A DNA stretch of 64,000 nucleotides from Okamejei kenojei. Lineage: Eukaryota. Where the stretch lies: assembly GCA_035221665.1 (NCBI GenBank), contig CM069145.1, positions 26,846,001 through 26,910,000 on the forward strand, in the 5' to 3' direction. Numbering within the stretch: position 1 is the first letter of the stretch; every line of letters begins with the position of its first letter. The notes beneath the pieces are model-generated. The model worked only from the letters and a program-made list of their open reading frames with translations, made no database searches and was not told the DNA's origin. Both the position numbers and the translations under genes were made by a program. Shown one piece after another: positions 27,382 through 39,218 of the stretch.

Positions 27382-27454
27382 ATGCAAATACTCCAAAGAA
27401 GTGTCGGGCATTGTTCGGGCTAGACCAACAGAATTTATGGTGCAAACCTTGCAG
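27382..27454 (+). CDS. TCF7L2: TCF7L2 alternative C-clamp exon, CRALF type (exon 15 equivalent, 73 nt)
   Basis: (D)[23 protein letters not shown](R); cag|, donor |gtatac; same length and phase as exon 14. Confidence 0.96.
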
Positions 27455-28494
27455 GTATACTCCCATTAGGCCTTCCGGAATTAAATATGCCCTTTATTGG
27501 ATTTGTAGTGCCTTCATGTGACTCTGTGCTCTAATGTGCTAATATTCTATAGCTTTTTGCAGATTTGTTTTTTCCTTTTTATTTCCCTTTCTTTTTATTT
27601 TACTTGTGGCCTTTTATTAGCAGCATTGGTCTGTCTCCTTGCAAGCACTATTCACCTTCATTCTTCCAACCCCCCCCCCCTTTCTGGCCCTCCCCAAACG
27701 GTGGTTGCGATGGGCCTGTGACCTTGTGTCGGAGATTGGTACAGTGAAAACCTAGGACATGAGGAGACTTGAACTTGCTGGGGCTACTAACCCTCCCCCC
27801 CCTCCCCCCCATGGTGCATAGAAGTTCCATTATATATGTATAACTAGAATGTACAAAATTCACCCCCACTTTTGGGTGAACATGGAGACATTGCAGTTCT
27901 AAGTGCACATGGTGCACTGCTTATTTGTGCATGAGTCCATTCTAGTAAGTAAATGGGGAATTTCATCATGCAGAGCTACCATTTAATATATTTATTTTTT
28001 AAAGTTGCCTTAATGAGATACAGTAGTTGCCTCACCTAAGTAATTATCACAGCTTTGTACAGCAGAAGTTTCCAAGAAGCAGAAAGGTGTTTGTACACTC
28101 CAGTAACTATGTCTTTACATTTTTGTGTATTAATCGCCAATTTATTTTTAGTAATTGGGCGTCATACCAGCTACAAGCTCGTTCAGAGGAAACTTTCATT
28201 TTCAGGCGAGTGCAAAATCTGTTGGAATATCTTTTTAAGTAACAATTAATTTTTTTTCTCTTAGTTTTCTTGCAATTTGGTTTAACTAAACAAACTCAGG
28301 CATCAAATGGTCAAAGGCTTATCCACCACGCTAATCTGCATACTCTAGAATTTTCTCGAACTTTTCCTGTTGCCAATTCTCTAATTCTTAGGACTTGACT
28401 GGGTAGAGGGAATTAATGTTTTGTCCTGTTTATATACACCTTTCCTGTTGACCGCATTTGCTTAAATCTTATTTCTTTGTCCTGACACATGCAG

Positions 28495-28519
28495 TCTTTG
28501 AAGTGGGAATGTTGTCATG
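28495..28519 (+). CDS. TCF7L2: TCF7L2 25-nt alternative micro-exon (exon 16 equivalent)
   Basis: gcag|TCTTTGAAGTGGGAATGTTGTCATG|gtaggt; after exon 14 or 15 it reads C-S-L-stop (TGA 28499-28501), as in the mammalian short isoform as I recall it. Confidence 0.8.
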
Positions 28520-29764
28520 GTAGGTATTTGTTTCTTCAAAGTTAAAACCTTTTGTTTTTCACGTACACATGGTGCCTGATCTGTTTTCCTCCTCCTCATA
28601 CTTCATTTCCCCTACTTCAGAATGTGTTACAGTCTCTCTCACCCCATTTAGTTTTCAATAATTGAATATACATGGATAAAGTCTGCAGATGCAATGAGGT
28701 TTGTAGAGACTGTGCACCTGTGTGTGTGTCTCTTTTTAACTCTTGTCTTTGATGGCATGTGAAGCGTAGCTACCATCATTCTATAATCATGATCTTAAAG
28801 CGTAATGAATATTTAAGTATAGTTGTGCTTCTGACTAAATTCCATGATTAGTAAATTGATTTGTTTGTCTGTTTGTTTGAATGTGTCATTTCTAGTAAAT
28901 GGTGCTAAATTTAAAAGCAAATATTATGCAAGATGCAGCATGACAATTGCCAAGTGATGGATGAATATCAGGGAATACTTCCAGGCAAATGCCAATTGAT
29001 GCTGGGGGGGGTCTGTACATTAGACATTAGCAGTAATAGACTCATCAATTCCTTAAATAATTTTCATCATTTTAGCTGTAGTGAACTCCTGAGTGTTTGT
29101 ACTGGTTAGTTCCTTGGCAAATTAATTACCAAATGTTTGTCACTCTGATGGTCTACTCGAATTGTTAACGTAAATGGTAAAAAAAGTAATAAATCAGAAT
29201 TCAGGCAAACACTTATGGGGGTTCTTCAAGTAATCTAAGTGCATTTTTCTAGAAATTAGTTTGAATGTGTACAATGGTATGCCAGCCTTTAGGAATAGTG
29301 TTGAATATATAGCTATGAAATAATGATTTCAAATAAAACTTTAGGTTTCCTGACACCATTTTGTCAGAAATCTCCCATGCAGTCCCTTGCTTTCAGTATA
29401 ATAGGGATGAGTACTCCAATTTGTTTAGGTTAGCTAAATTGACTTTTTTTTAAAGCAAAAATGTGTTTTTACTTTTCTTTCATAAAAGTGTTGTCATCCT
29501 TACTGGTTGTGGCTCTCACCAAGGCAATCGTTTTTTGGTGCTGCATCCAAATTGCCTTTCTTCTTCTGTGAATCCAGGCACTGAGTACTGGTGGGTCCTG
29601 ACACCATGTGGGACCAATGCATTCAAGGTCTATACCATCCCACCAGTGTCCTCATCCACTCCTTCCACAACAGTTAATCGATATTCCTGTACGTGCTTCT
29701 TATTTGGGTCTTCCTTAAATGATATGGCACATTCCCCCCTATAGACTACTTGTTTGGTTATTCA

Positions 29765-29855
29765 CAAGTTATAGGAGTAGAATTAGGCCATTCGGCCCAT
29801 TGAATCTACTCCGGCATTCAATCATGGCTGATCTCTGCCTCCTAATCCCATTTTC

Positions 29856-29890
<35 letters not shown>

Positions 29891-30158
29891 AACCCTTGAC
29901 ACCTGTTCTAATCAAGAATTTGTTTATCTCTGCCTTAAAAATATCCACCGACTTGACTTCCACAGCCTTCTATGGCAATGAGTTACACTGATTAACTACC
30001 CTCTGACTAAAGAAGTTCCTCCTCGCCTCTTTCCGAAAAGAGCGGCCTTTCATTCGGAGGCTACGACCTCTGGTCCTGAACTATCCCACGAGTGGAAACG
30101 TCCTTTCCACATCCACTCTCATCTGTGCCTTTCATCATTTTGTAAGTTTCAATGAGGT
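29765..30158 (-). mobile_element. CR1 LINE 3' fragment
   Basis: EVKSVDIFKAEINKFLI remnant and CR1 tail; same family as the 42.7-43.3 kb copy. Confidence 0.85.
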
Positions 30159-30239
30159 TATGGCCAACTAAATTACTGCATACTGAAGATTGGAATTTCA
30201 AATCTCATGAAAACAAGGTTTTAAATTTGCTCAGTGAGT

Positions 30240-30895
30240 CTTGGAATTATGTAGCACAGAAAGAGGCCTTTAGACCCAACTTGTCTGTGTGTACCTGAAC
30301 TACATTTGGCCCGTGTGTCTCCATACCTTTCCAATCTATGTCCCTGTTCAAATGTCTTCTTATCATTGCCACTTCCTCTGGCAGTTTGATCAAAACACAA
30401 AGTGCTAGAGGATTTGAGCGGGTAAGGCAGCATCTGTGGAGAGCATGGACAGATTATGCTTTGGGTCAGGTCCCTTCTTCAGACTGAAGAAGGGTCCTAC
30501 CCACACCGTTGTCTATTCATTCCCTGCACAGATGCTGCCTGGCCAATGAGCTTCTCCAGAAACTCTGTGTTTTCATCAAGATTCCAGCATCTGCAGTTTC
30601 TTGTGTTGTCTGGAAGCTTGTTCCATGTACGCAACACACTGGGAAAAAAACTTGCCCCTCACGTTCCCTTTTGATCTTTCCCTCTCATCTTAAATCTGTG
30701 CCCTCTTGTTTTAGACTCCCTTATCCTGGGAAATAGAATGACCATTTACCCTATCTATACCCTCACACATTTATACACCTATAAGTTCATTTCAGCCCCG
30801 TTTACTCCAGGGAAAACAGGCCCAACTGATCCAGTCACTCTTTGTAACTCAAGCCCTCCAGTCCCGGCAACATTCTTATGAATCTTTTCTGCAGC
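30240..30895 (-). mobile_element. CR1 LINE 3' fragment interrupted by the Penelope-derived fold-back element
   Basis: LQKRFIRMLPGLEGLSYKE remnant at the high-coordinate end; CR1 tail near 30250-30290. Confidence 0.75.
30392..30608. mobile_element. Fold-back (inverted) Penelope-derived short element inserted in a CR1 fragment
   Basis: Two head-to-head copies of the CTGAAGAAGGG...GATGCTGCC module centred near 30483; degenerate TSD tctggcagtttgatc / tctggaagcttgttc. Confidence 0.65.
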
Positions 30896-32689
30896 CAGCA
30901 TCTTTGGAGAGAGAACCAGATAAATACCGGGTCAATATTCTTCATCTGAGTGGTGCCTGAAACTTTAAGTTGCATTTCTCTCTCCACAAATCCCCATGAG
31001 ACATTGAAAATTTCCAGCATTTTGTTTTCATTTCAGATTTCCAGCACCTCCAGTAATTTACTTTAGGAACTTGATGGTGTATGTCGCTCCCTGGATTAAA
31101 ACTTAAGCATGAGATTTCCCTCTCTTTAATTTGGGAAAGGCAAGAGTTTACTTGACCAGAAGTAGTTTGTTTTTAGTTTTGACATTTGTTTTAGGGAGCT
31201 GCAGAAACATTTCAATTCACTTCAGCCATTTTTCAAAATATCACATCCAATAGTTGCTATTTGGCTGTCACACCTGATAATTAAGCTGAAACTAATAAGC
31301 AGTTTTATGGGGAAAAAAAATCAGGTTTAAAAGACAATGTAATTAGATAATGGTTCCAACCTGCTATGAAATCATGAGATCGATTAGTAACTCTTCACTT
31401 GGCGAGATGAGCAATCAAAATGTCAGCAACATATTAGCTTCTGCAAGCCAAGACACAAGACCTGCAACTGATTGCCAGACCAACCTTTTGGGAAATGTTG
31501 CTAAACAGAGGACAGTTTTTATAGGTGGAATTTCGGATTTCAATAATTTAAATCTGCCAAGAAATAACATTGTGGAAAGCAAGTGGAGTACCCGGTGGCT
31601 TGAATTACTTCTTGTCGGCCTTGGTTGTAGAAGCTGAGGCTCCAACCTTGGTTGTCCTTAGACAGCCCTGACTGTTTTAACTGGGCTGCTTTTGCCAAAA
31701 TTGGTGAAAACTATGTTATTTAGAAATATTGTAAAAACCCATCGATTTTGCTAAATTATTAAACCTATTTTAAAATATATGTATAAAAACACTCAGAAAT
31801 AAATTTTATAAAGTTTAAAATAAATGTTATTGTTTTTCTGTTAATCTCCAGATTGGGAATTCCCATTCATGTGAATGGGGATTCTGATCCTACACCAGGT
31901 TTGTCCGGTGTTGGATTGGAGAGGTGAAACACTAGGGATCTCCAACCGGCACACTTGTGGTTTCTGTCACATTTAGAAACCCGCATCAGTCCAGGGAGGG
32001 TTTGCCTGGGGACATCTAAATGCTGGCAGTTCCATTCTGAGCCTCTGACTGTTGCCAGTGCAGTCTGACCCAAAATAATTTTGCTATGGTTTCACATTTC
32101 TTCATTCAATTCCTCATAACGCTTGCGTGCTGTTATTATGAGACTTGCACGAGGCAATGATGAAGATGAGCAAAGCTCTTACCAGAATGTAGTCTTCCAA
32201 ATCCTTAAGGATGATTTGGAGTAGACTGGAAAGTCAACCTTTGGTTGACAAAGAACCATTACCCCAGAAAATAAGGAATATCCCCCATTATTTATTAAAA
32301 AATAAAAAAATCATTTCTACCACAGGAAAGTGCGAGGTAGTGCTAAGTTAATTATCAGAGCATTGGGAATTTGCTGCTAAGGAATAAACTGGTAGGGTTG
32401 ACATATCAGTCTGAAATTGTGGAGGATTTTTGGCACTTGCCTTAATATTAACCCTGCATGACTAACAGTTTCTGAAGTTTTCTAACTATTCTTGCCCCGC
32501 CTCACGGTTGGCTATTGAGGAAATATTTATTTGTTTTTGATTTGACCTTCATAGTGCAATAGGTATTCCCATGACAATTTTGTTAAGTTTCTGAAATTGG
32601 TCATCTATCTACAATGTGCTGGTGCAGATTGAGTTCAGGCACAGGCCTTTGTCTTTGCGCTGTCTTAGTGTGTGTATCTGTAATACATT

Positions 32690-32910
32690 TAGGCAGCTTC
32701 AGTGGAGAATGTGGATAGCTGACATTTCAGGGGAGGACCCTTCTTCAGACTGTCAAAAGTCTGTCTGAGGACTTCTTCCAGCCAGAAAAGGGGTCCCGAT
32801 CCAAAACTTCGCCTATCCACATTCTCCAGAGGTGCTGCCCGACCTGCCGATTCACTCCAGCACTTTGTGTCTTTTTTTGTAAACCGGCATCTGCAGTACC
32901 TTGTGTCCAC
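32690..32910. mobile_element. Second fold-back Penelope-derived short element
   Basis: Inverted pair ggcagc..tggagaatgtggatag..gacccttcttcagac / aggggtcccgatccaaaac..ctatccacattctccaga..gctgcc, ending catctgcagtaccttgtgtc. Confidence 0.65.
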
Positions 32911-34238
32911 ATATATTGCTTTTAGGGAGCTGCAATTTATTAACTTTTTAGAGTGTCAGGAAATAATTAACTACCAATTTGTTTAAATACACCATGATAA
33001 TTCCAACCCAGGGAACCTTCCATCTTCAGCAGGGCAGTGGTTGAGCTAAGGGAAGACTAATTATACTATGCTTGTCAGTGACTGGCAATAATGTTGGGCA
33101 CGGTTGGTCTGAAGCCCCAATTCATTTGGCAATTACCTAGTTGCATTTGTTTCTCTGTTTTGAGCCCATTAAGTTGGTCCTTCCAGCTGTAGCCTTTGTT
33201 CTAATGTGGCATGACGTACTGCTTCACTCGCATGTTTCTATCTGTTCTACTGCCCTTTTAGTTTTGGCAAACCTCAAGTTTAACTGCATGCATGTGGTCC
33301 ATGTGGTACCGCAGATTTGACCTAGCAGGCTTCTGTGGCTTAAACTGGCTCACTGTATCTTACCACCCTGGCCCTACATGTGTATACTGGCTTTTAATGG
33401 GTGTGAAGTTCCAATATGGTGTGGGAACAACGGTGTTGATTGTAAGAGCAAATTTAGCAAGATAAATTATGCAACCCCTCCCCCTTATGTAAAATGAAGT
33501 GCAAAAAGATGATTCAAACTGAATACTAACATTCATCTTCCTCTATTGGTGGTAATAATTGACTGATCTCTACTGATCAATACTACATGCTGTTGTTTGC
33601 AAATTTTACTTGATGGTTGACCTATTACTTGTCTGTAAAATAAACCAAAATGTACTCTCGTAATAATGAATCCATAGCCAAAATGGTAACGGTTCCTGAC
33701 GCACTATAAAAAAAATCCTTCTTTCCCCTCACAGATAGCTGGAGTGAAAGTGACGCATACCAGGAAAACTATTAATGAATTGAATCAACCAAACCTTCAT
33801 TGACTTTTGTTTTCCATTGCAGACCATTTAAAGAATCAGCCACAGCCTGCAGGCCATAGAACCAGTTATTCTTGTTTTTTTGGTTTTTTTCTCTCCCTTT
33901 TGAATTCTTCATGATTTCTTATTCCTTTTCCTCCTTTCATTCTGTCCTTTAGTATTTTTCTCCTTACTTTCTCAATTTGGTGTGGTTCTTAACAGATAAA
34001 TGTAAAATGTTGTAATTTAGTTTCACACATTGTGAAGCTTTATCTTTTTTATATTGAAGCAAATTTGTAAATCCCTGTAAATTTGCTGCCTTAATTGGGG
34101 ATTGAATTAGTTATTAAAGTTTTAAATGTCATGGATACAACGTTTGTTGCCTGAATAAGATTTTTTTCTTTGTTCAAATAACCAACTCCATTAGTCTTTT
34201 TGCCCTTTATTTACAGATAAATCTTTCCCTGTTTCTAG

Positions 34239-34668
34239 GAGAAAAAAAAAGTGCATTCGCTACATACAAGGTGAAGGCAGCTGCGCCAGCCCACCCTCTT
34301 CAGATGGAAGCATATTAGATTCTCCTCCCCCTTCTCCTTCCATGTTAAGCCCTTCTACCGCAGACTCTGATCCACAGACTGAACAAATGCAACCTCTGTC
34401 ACTTACAATGAAACCTGATCCTTTGGCCCACCTTTCCTCACCATCTTCCTCTGCATTGTCGACAAACTCGGCGCTCAAGTCCAGCACAGTTTCCGCTGTT
34501 AGTTGCCAGAACGGGGCATTAGAGCACCGAAACTTGCACCAGTCCACATCCTCGTCTTCATCGCAGATTCGACCTTCGACTTCATCCATGTCAATTGTTC
34601 ATTCCCACGGTGCTTTGCAAGAGACACAGTCCCAGCCACTTTCACTTGTAACCAAGTCTTTAGAATAG
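34239..34668 (+). CDS. TCF7L2: TCF7L2 terminal coding exon (exon 17 equivalent), E-tail frame
   Basis: ctag|; RKKKCIRYIQGEGSCASPPSSDGSILDSPPPSP...QPLSLTMK...QPLSLVTKSLE-TAG; two PLSL CtBP-binding motifs; in frame with ORF 34342-34668. Confidence 0.97.
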
Positions 34669-36210
34669 CTTTTAGCATAGTTGCTAGTGTTCTTTTTATT
34701 TCATTTGTGCCATATGGCTACACGTTAGTAGATGTTATGGAGTGCATTGGTCAATATTTGACCCATTGTTATTTCAAGGTCCTCTTTGAATATGTAGGAT
34801 AAGCCTTGAGAGATCCTGCCAACCTCTTGTCAACCATTTTCAAAACCTGTCGTGTTCATCACTGTTATGTGGCTCTTACTGGGTGGATTCTTCACGAGTA
34901 AGAGACTACTATCAGAATCAAAGAAGCCCTTGTGGGAAGGAGTTGGCTACGCTGTATTATTTGTATTAAATAAGAGCTTGCGAACCAATCATTTTACGTC
35001 CATTTTATCCTTAAAGGCACAATGAATGCAGTGCCACCTGTTAATTGTGTGGAACAACTTTTGTGATGTTGCGTGTTATTGTTTAAATGTACAGAAATAA
35101 TGGGGAAAACTGTGTTAATATGCATTGTTCCATGGCGTTGTTTTTTGGATGGGGGGGGAGGGGGGAGTACAAGAAAAAAATGACAACGCTATAGGACCAG
35201 TAGTATTTATTGCTTTAGAGATGCTTGTTGTATCATGTATGTTGTCTCTTTTAAATATTTTTCATTTCTTCATTGTATAAAGTTTTTTTTTGCTTAGTGT
35301 AAGCATCTTATATATGAAAAGATTCATTTGTTACCAAGGATTTAACATTTTTTTCCTCTGTTGTGATACATGACTGTCACCAAATGGATAAGGTAGTGGC
35401 GTTATTAAAAAAAAAGTGCACAAAATTGCTGAGAAAAAGCCATTGTACAAAAGAAAACTTGAAGGCAATTGGGGGAGGGGGGATTTTTAAAAAAATACTA
35501 CAAGATAAAAACACGTGATCACTCGTATAGAGCCCCATAGTGGACAGTAGCCTCAAACCTGGAATTGCTTAACCTATATCCTATGTATGTATTCTGTGCC
35601 AAACTTTTAAAGGTCGATACATCTTCCCTCCCCCATTTTTGCTGTATTTTGGTCCTTTTTAGCTGTGAGGTAACATAGGTATGTATGTAGTTTTAATGTT
35701 GCTGACTAGTTTAAGCTATAACGCAATGTGTTTGGTAGCTATTGGCAAATCATCCAAAAAATCCTATAAAGCAAAGCATTGAAGGGTGAGAATTAATGAA
35801 ACCCATGGGCCAAATTTTCTGTACGTTGGGGAAATTACTCTGAACTGAAACTGCCACTTTTTATGTACACTACTATCAGTAGGTATTTAGTAAATTTTAA
35901 AATAGGCATGTTGATGTTGCAAAGGCTGTATACAACTGATGAAAAAGTTCATTCATTTGGTGCCATTGTAGTAGAAATGAAACAGTTGTATAGCTGTCTT
36001 TTTTTCCATTTTACTAAGAAGCTGATGACCTTTTGTGAATACTCTCAATGTTTCCTAACAGCTGTGATGTTCCTGTTCTGTTTTTTGCTCCTTTTTATTT
36101 TCTTTCCATTTTTATTGTTCTGAAACCATTTTTGTAATGAATCAATGTTCATGCTGTACAGTATCTGTAGCATGCAGTTCTGGATTAATAAAAGCAACTT
36201 AGTATGTGCA
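34669..36210 (+). other. TCF7L2: TCF7L2 3' UTR (end approximate)
   Basis: AU-rich, no recognisable transposon after the stop codon, ends shortly after AATAAA at 36187; GT-rich sequence follows. Confidence 0.7.
36187..36192 (+). terminator. Polyadenylation signal AATAAA of TCF7L2
   Basis: Canonical hexamer in ggattAATAAAagcaacttagtatgtgca, with a GT-rich tract (ttgtggtgttcgtgtg) about 25-45 nt downstream. Confidence 0.7.
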
Positions 36211-38846
36211 GAGAACTCTTGTGGTGTTCGTGTGCACTCCGTCAAAGCCTTGTGAAGAAAGTGGATCATCAGCCTGAAGGGCGCCGACAAGACTTTGAAT
36301 GTCACATTTTGCCTCCGCCAAGTTCAGATAATGTGTGGCAGGATGCGCTCCAGAGAGACCCACATGTTGCTGTTGAAATCTTGTGGGTGTGGAGATATTG
36401 CAAGAAGCATGCATCGTATGGATTTGATTTTTTTTAAAAGGTGGCCTCTTCAGATACACATCCTGGTTTGGGATTTTTGATGATAAAAATGGGAAAAATG
36501 GCGGGATTTGTTATCTTGACTGAAACTGACAGCAAATGTTGCCGTTTCCATGTGCGCGAGTATATGCTGAGATCTAAACTTATTGTCGGTGATGCCTCGA
36601 GGGTCCTTTCTCTTTTGCTGAAGCATTCCAATGCATAATCAACAATTAACATACATGGTGCTAAAGTATTACGCTTTATTGACTGAGCTTTTAATCGTGC
36701 ACTTGTTAAGTATTGTTTGAACTATATCTCTGTCTGAAAAACTAATTTCCTGTAAGTGGAGTATAATTATCTCAGGCTAATAATGTCAAAACTCCCTGGA
36801 TTTAAACTTTTAAAAACTTGAAAGCTTCATTCATGTTTCACAAATGCATATCCCATTTTTCATTTGTTCTTTACAAAAGGCTTTAAAAGTTAGTTCAAAC
36901 CGAGAGTTCTTTACTGCAATTTGTTTGGCTCCATAGCTAGTGTCATGGTATCAATGTTACTGAACACTACAGATCCTCTGTTTTACCCACTCTTTGTGTA
37001 TGGTACTTATTTTAGCCTATAGTTATTCAAATCTCAGCTGCCTCTGATATGCAGAATGTACCACATTGATACACTTTAAAATGTGTGTTTGGTAGGCAGA
37101 ATTACATGATTGTTAAATCATTTTCAATGCTGAATTCCCTGGGCATAATGTTGCATGTAACACTTGTTCAATGGTTGGGACCTTTAAGTAGGAAATCACA
37201 GAAGTATCCATCTTTGGGATTTATTATACTGTTGAAAAAAAGATAAGGGAGCTTTTTGTACGTACGTGCTCACCAGACTCTGTTGTCCCTGATGTGTATA
37301 TGTAGATCCTATTTTTCTACTGCTATTGCTGCAAGCTGATTACCAGAAATGATATTTCGTAATCAAATTATCTTTACTTCAAATAAAGGACTTGGCTTTT
37401 AAAAAAAAAAGTGGTAAATAGTTCCAAGTCTTACTTATTGCTAGTTCAGAAATAGATTGATAAGCTGAATCATTCATTGCACAATCATACCACGATTGAA
37501 CTTGCAGTCAAGGTTTGGCAAACAATAGGACATTCCTGTTTTAATTGTGAAATTACCACATACTCTCGTTCAGTACACCGACCCCTTTACAATTTTGTAG
37601 CCCCTTTCGGTTCCTCTGCACGTGCTTTGTAGAACAGTGTGTTGAAGCTTGAAACAGGTTAACAGAGTTGTCGGTAATATATTTTTTTTAAACAGAAAAT
37701 GTTGGAAACGCTCAGCAGGTAAGGCAGCATCCACAGATCTTTTTGCACATGCTGCTTGAACTGCTGAGTGTTTTAGGCATTTTGGGGTTTTTTCTTTCAG
37801 ATTTCCAACATCTGCATTTTATTTTTTGTGATGTTCCAAATCAATTTAACGTAACTGTTTGTATTGTTAAATCCATGCAGTTGCTTATCATTATACCAAA
37901 CTTTGCTGCATATTTCTCTCACACTACTCATGGCATAACAGTGATACCGTGATGCTTCGGGTAGTTCAAGATTTCCCATCAGTTATCCAGGCAGGTTGAT
38001 GAGCATGATGCTCATTACTCTCTGGATCATTGCATTTTGGAAATACCTCCTTTATATTTTTACTTTTGTAAACACTAACTTACCAAAAGAAAACTGCCTG
38101 ATTGCATAATCAGGAAACTTGACAAGTGAGTTCTTGTCAGCAGTTGAGAAAAAGATGTGCTAAAACTTCTGAATTTTTTTCAACACTGAATTGTCACCTC
38201 AAAGATGTTTGATCAATTTTTTGCCAAGCTTCCATTAGTGACCTGCCTGCGTCAGACTTAAGATTGCTTTTGAAAAGTAGTGTGTTCAGTGCATCGATAG
38301 GTGAGTAAATACTCTCATCTCCGACTGAGAGAAGCACTTTGGCAGTTTCAAACTAAATATGATAGGTGAATTATTCTCATTGGATTCTGGATTCCTGTTG
38401 GAAATGATTGCAGAAAAAGGAGGGAGTGGGGGCGTAAATACATTTCAAGTTGGTGCCAACAAAAAAAAATACGTGGGAGTGTTACTTTCTAGGTTTTCAC
38501 AAAATCTGTCTTAAATTCAGAGAAAATTTGTTTGATTTATAACTCGAGTAGTTTTGTGGAAGCACTGAACAATTCAGGAGCAGCATTATGTGTTGCTGAT
38601 ATATTATAGCCTATTTAAAGAAAAAAACAGTTGCTATTTCTCGAGTGCAGCATTGTAAATCAGCGGTAATTGAACTTGTTTAACTGTGTTACAGTGATAG
38701 TTGGAGATGTCCTATTTACCTGTTAATTGTATTTAATCTTTTAAAAGGTTCACTTGTCAAATATTCCAGAATGCACTTGCATGCACACAGGCGCACACAA
38801 TCTTTTCTCCCACTGAATGTTACTACATTCCTTGTACACTCCAGAG

Positions 38847-39218
38847 CAGGGGTGGGGAACCTTTTCATGGAGGAAGGCCGCATTAAGTTAGCTGTAATCT
38901 AATAAGGCCACATCCAAGAAACTTCAATTAGATATACTTCAAAATGTGCATTATTTTGTTAAAATAGCCCTCATGACTTACTAATGTTTTAATTGGGGCC
39001 GTCATTCGGGGAGGATTATTTTGTTGAATCTTCTTTTACTCTTTGGTATTTTAAATACGTTCATTTTAAGATTAAAATAAAAATCATAAAAGATGAACAA
39101 AAACATATTAATAATAATAAAAAGATTTGTTCTACAAAATTTGGATTCATTCAAAAGGCCGCACTCAATGGCTTAGAAGGCTGCATGCGGCCTTAAGGCC
39201 GCAGGTTCCCCACCCCTA
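38847..39218. mobile_element. Non-autonomous hAT (Charlie-like) MITE, ~370 bp
   Basis: TIRs CAGGGGTGGGGAACCT and AGGTTCCCCACCCCT(a); flanks ctccagag and atccagag (7/8 match TSD resembling NTCTAGAN); no ORF. Confidence 0.8.

Noticed and set aside
34260-34802. Antisense 109-aa ORF and 99-aa alternative-frame ORF over the last exon
   Set aside because: By-products of Ser/Pro-rich codon usage; no independent start or splice support
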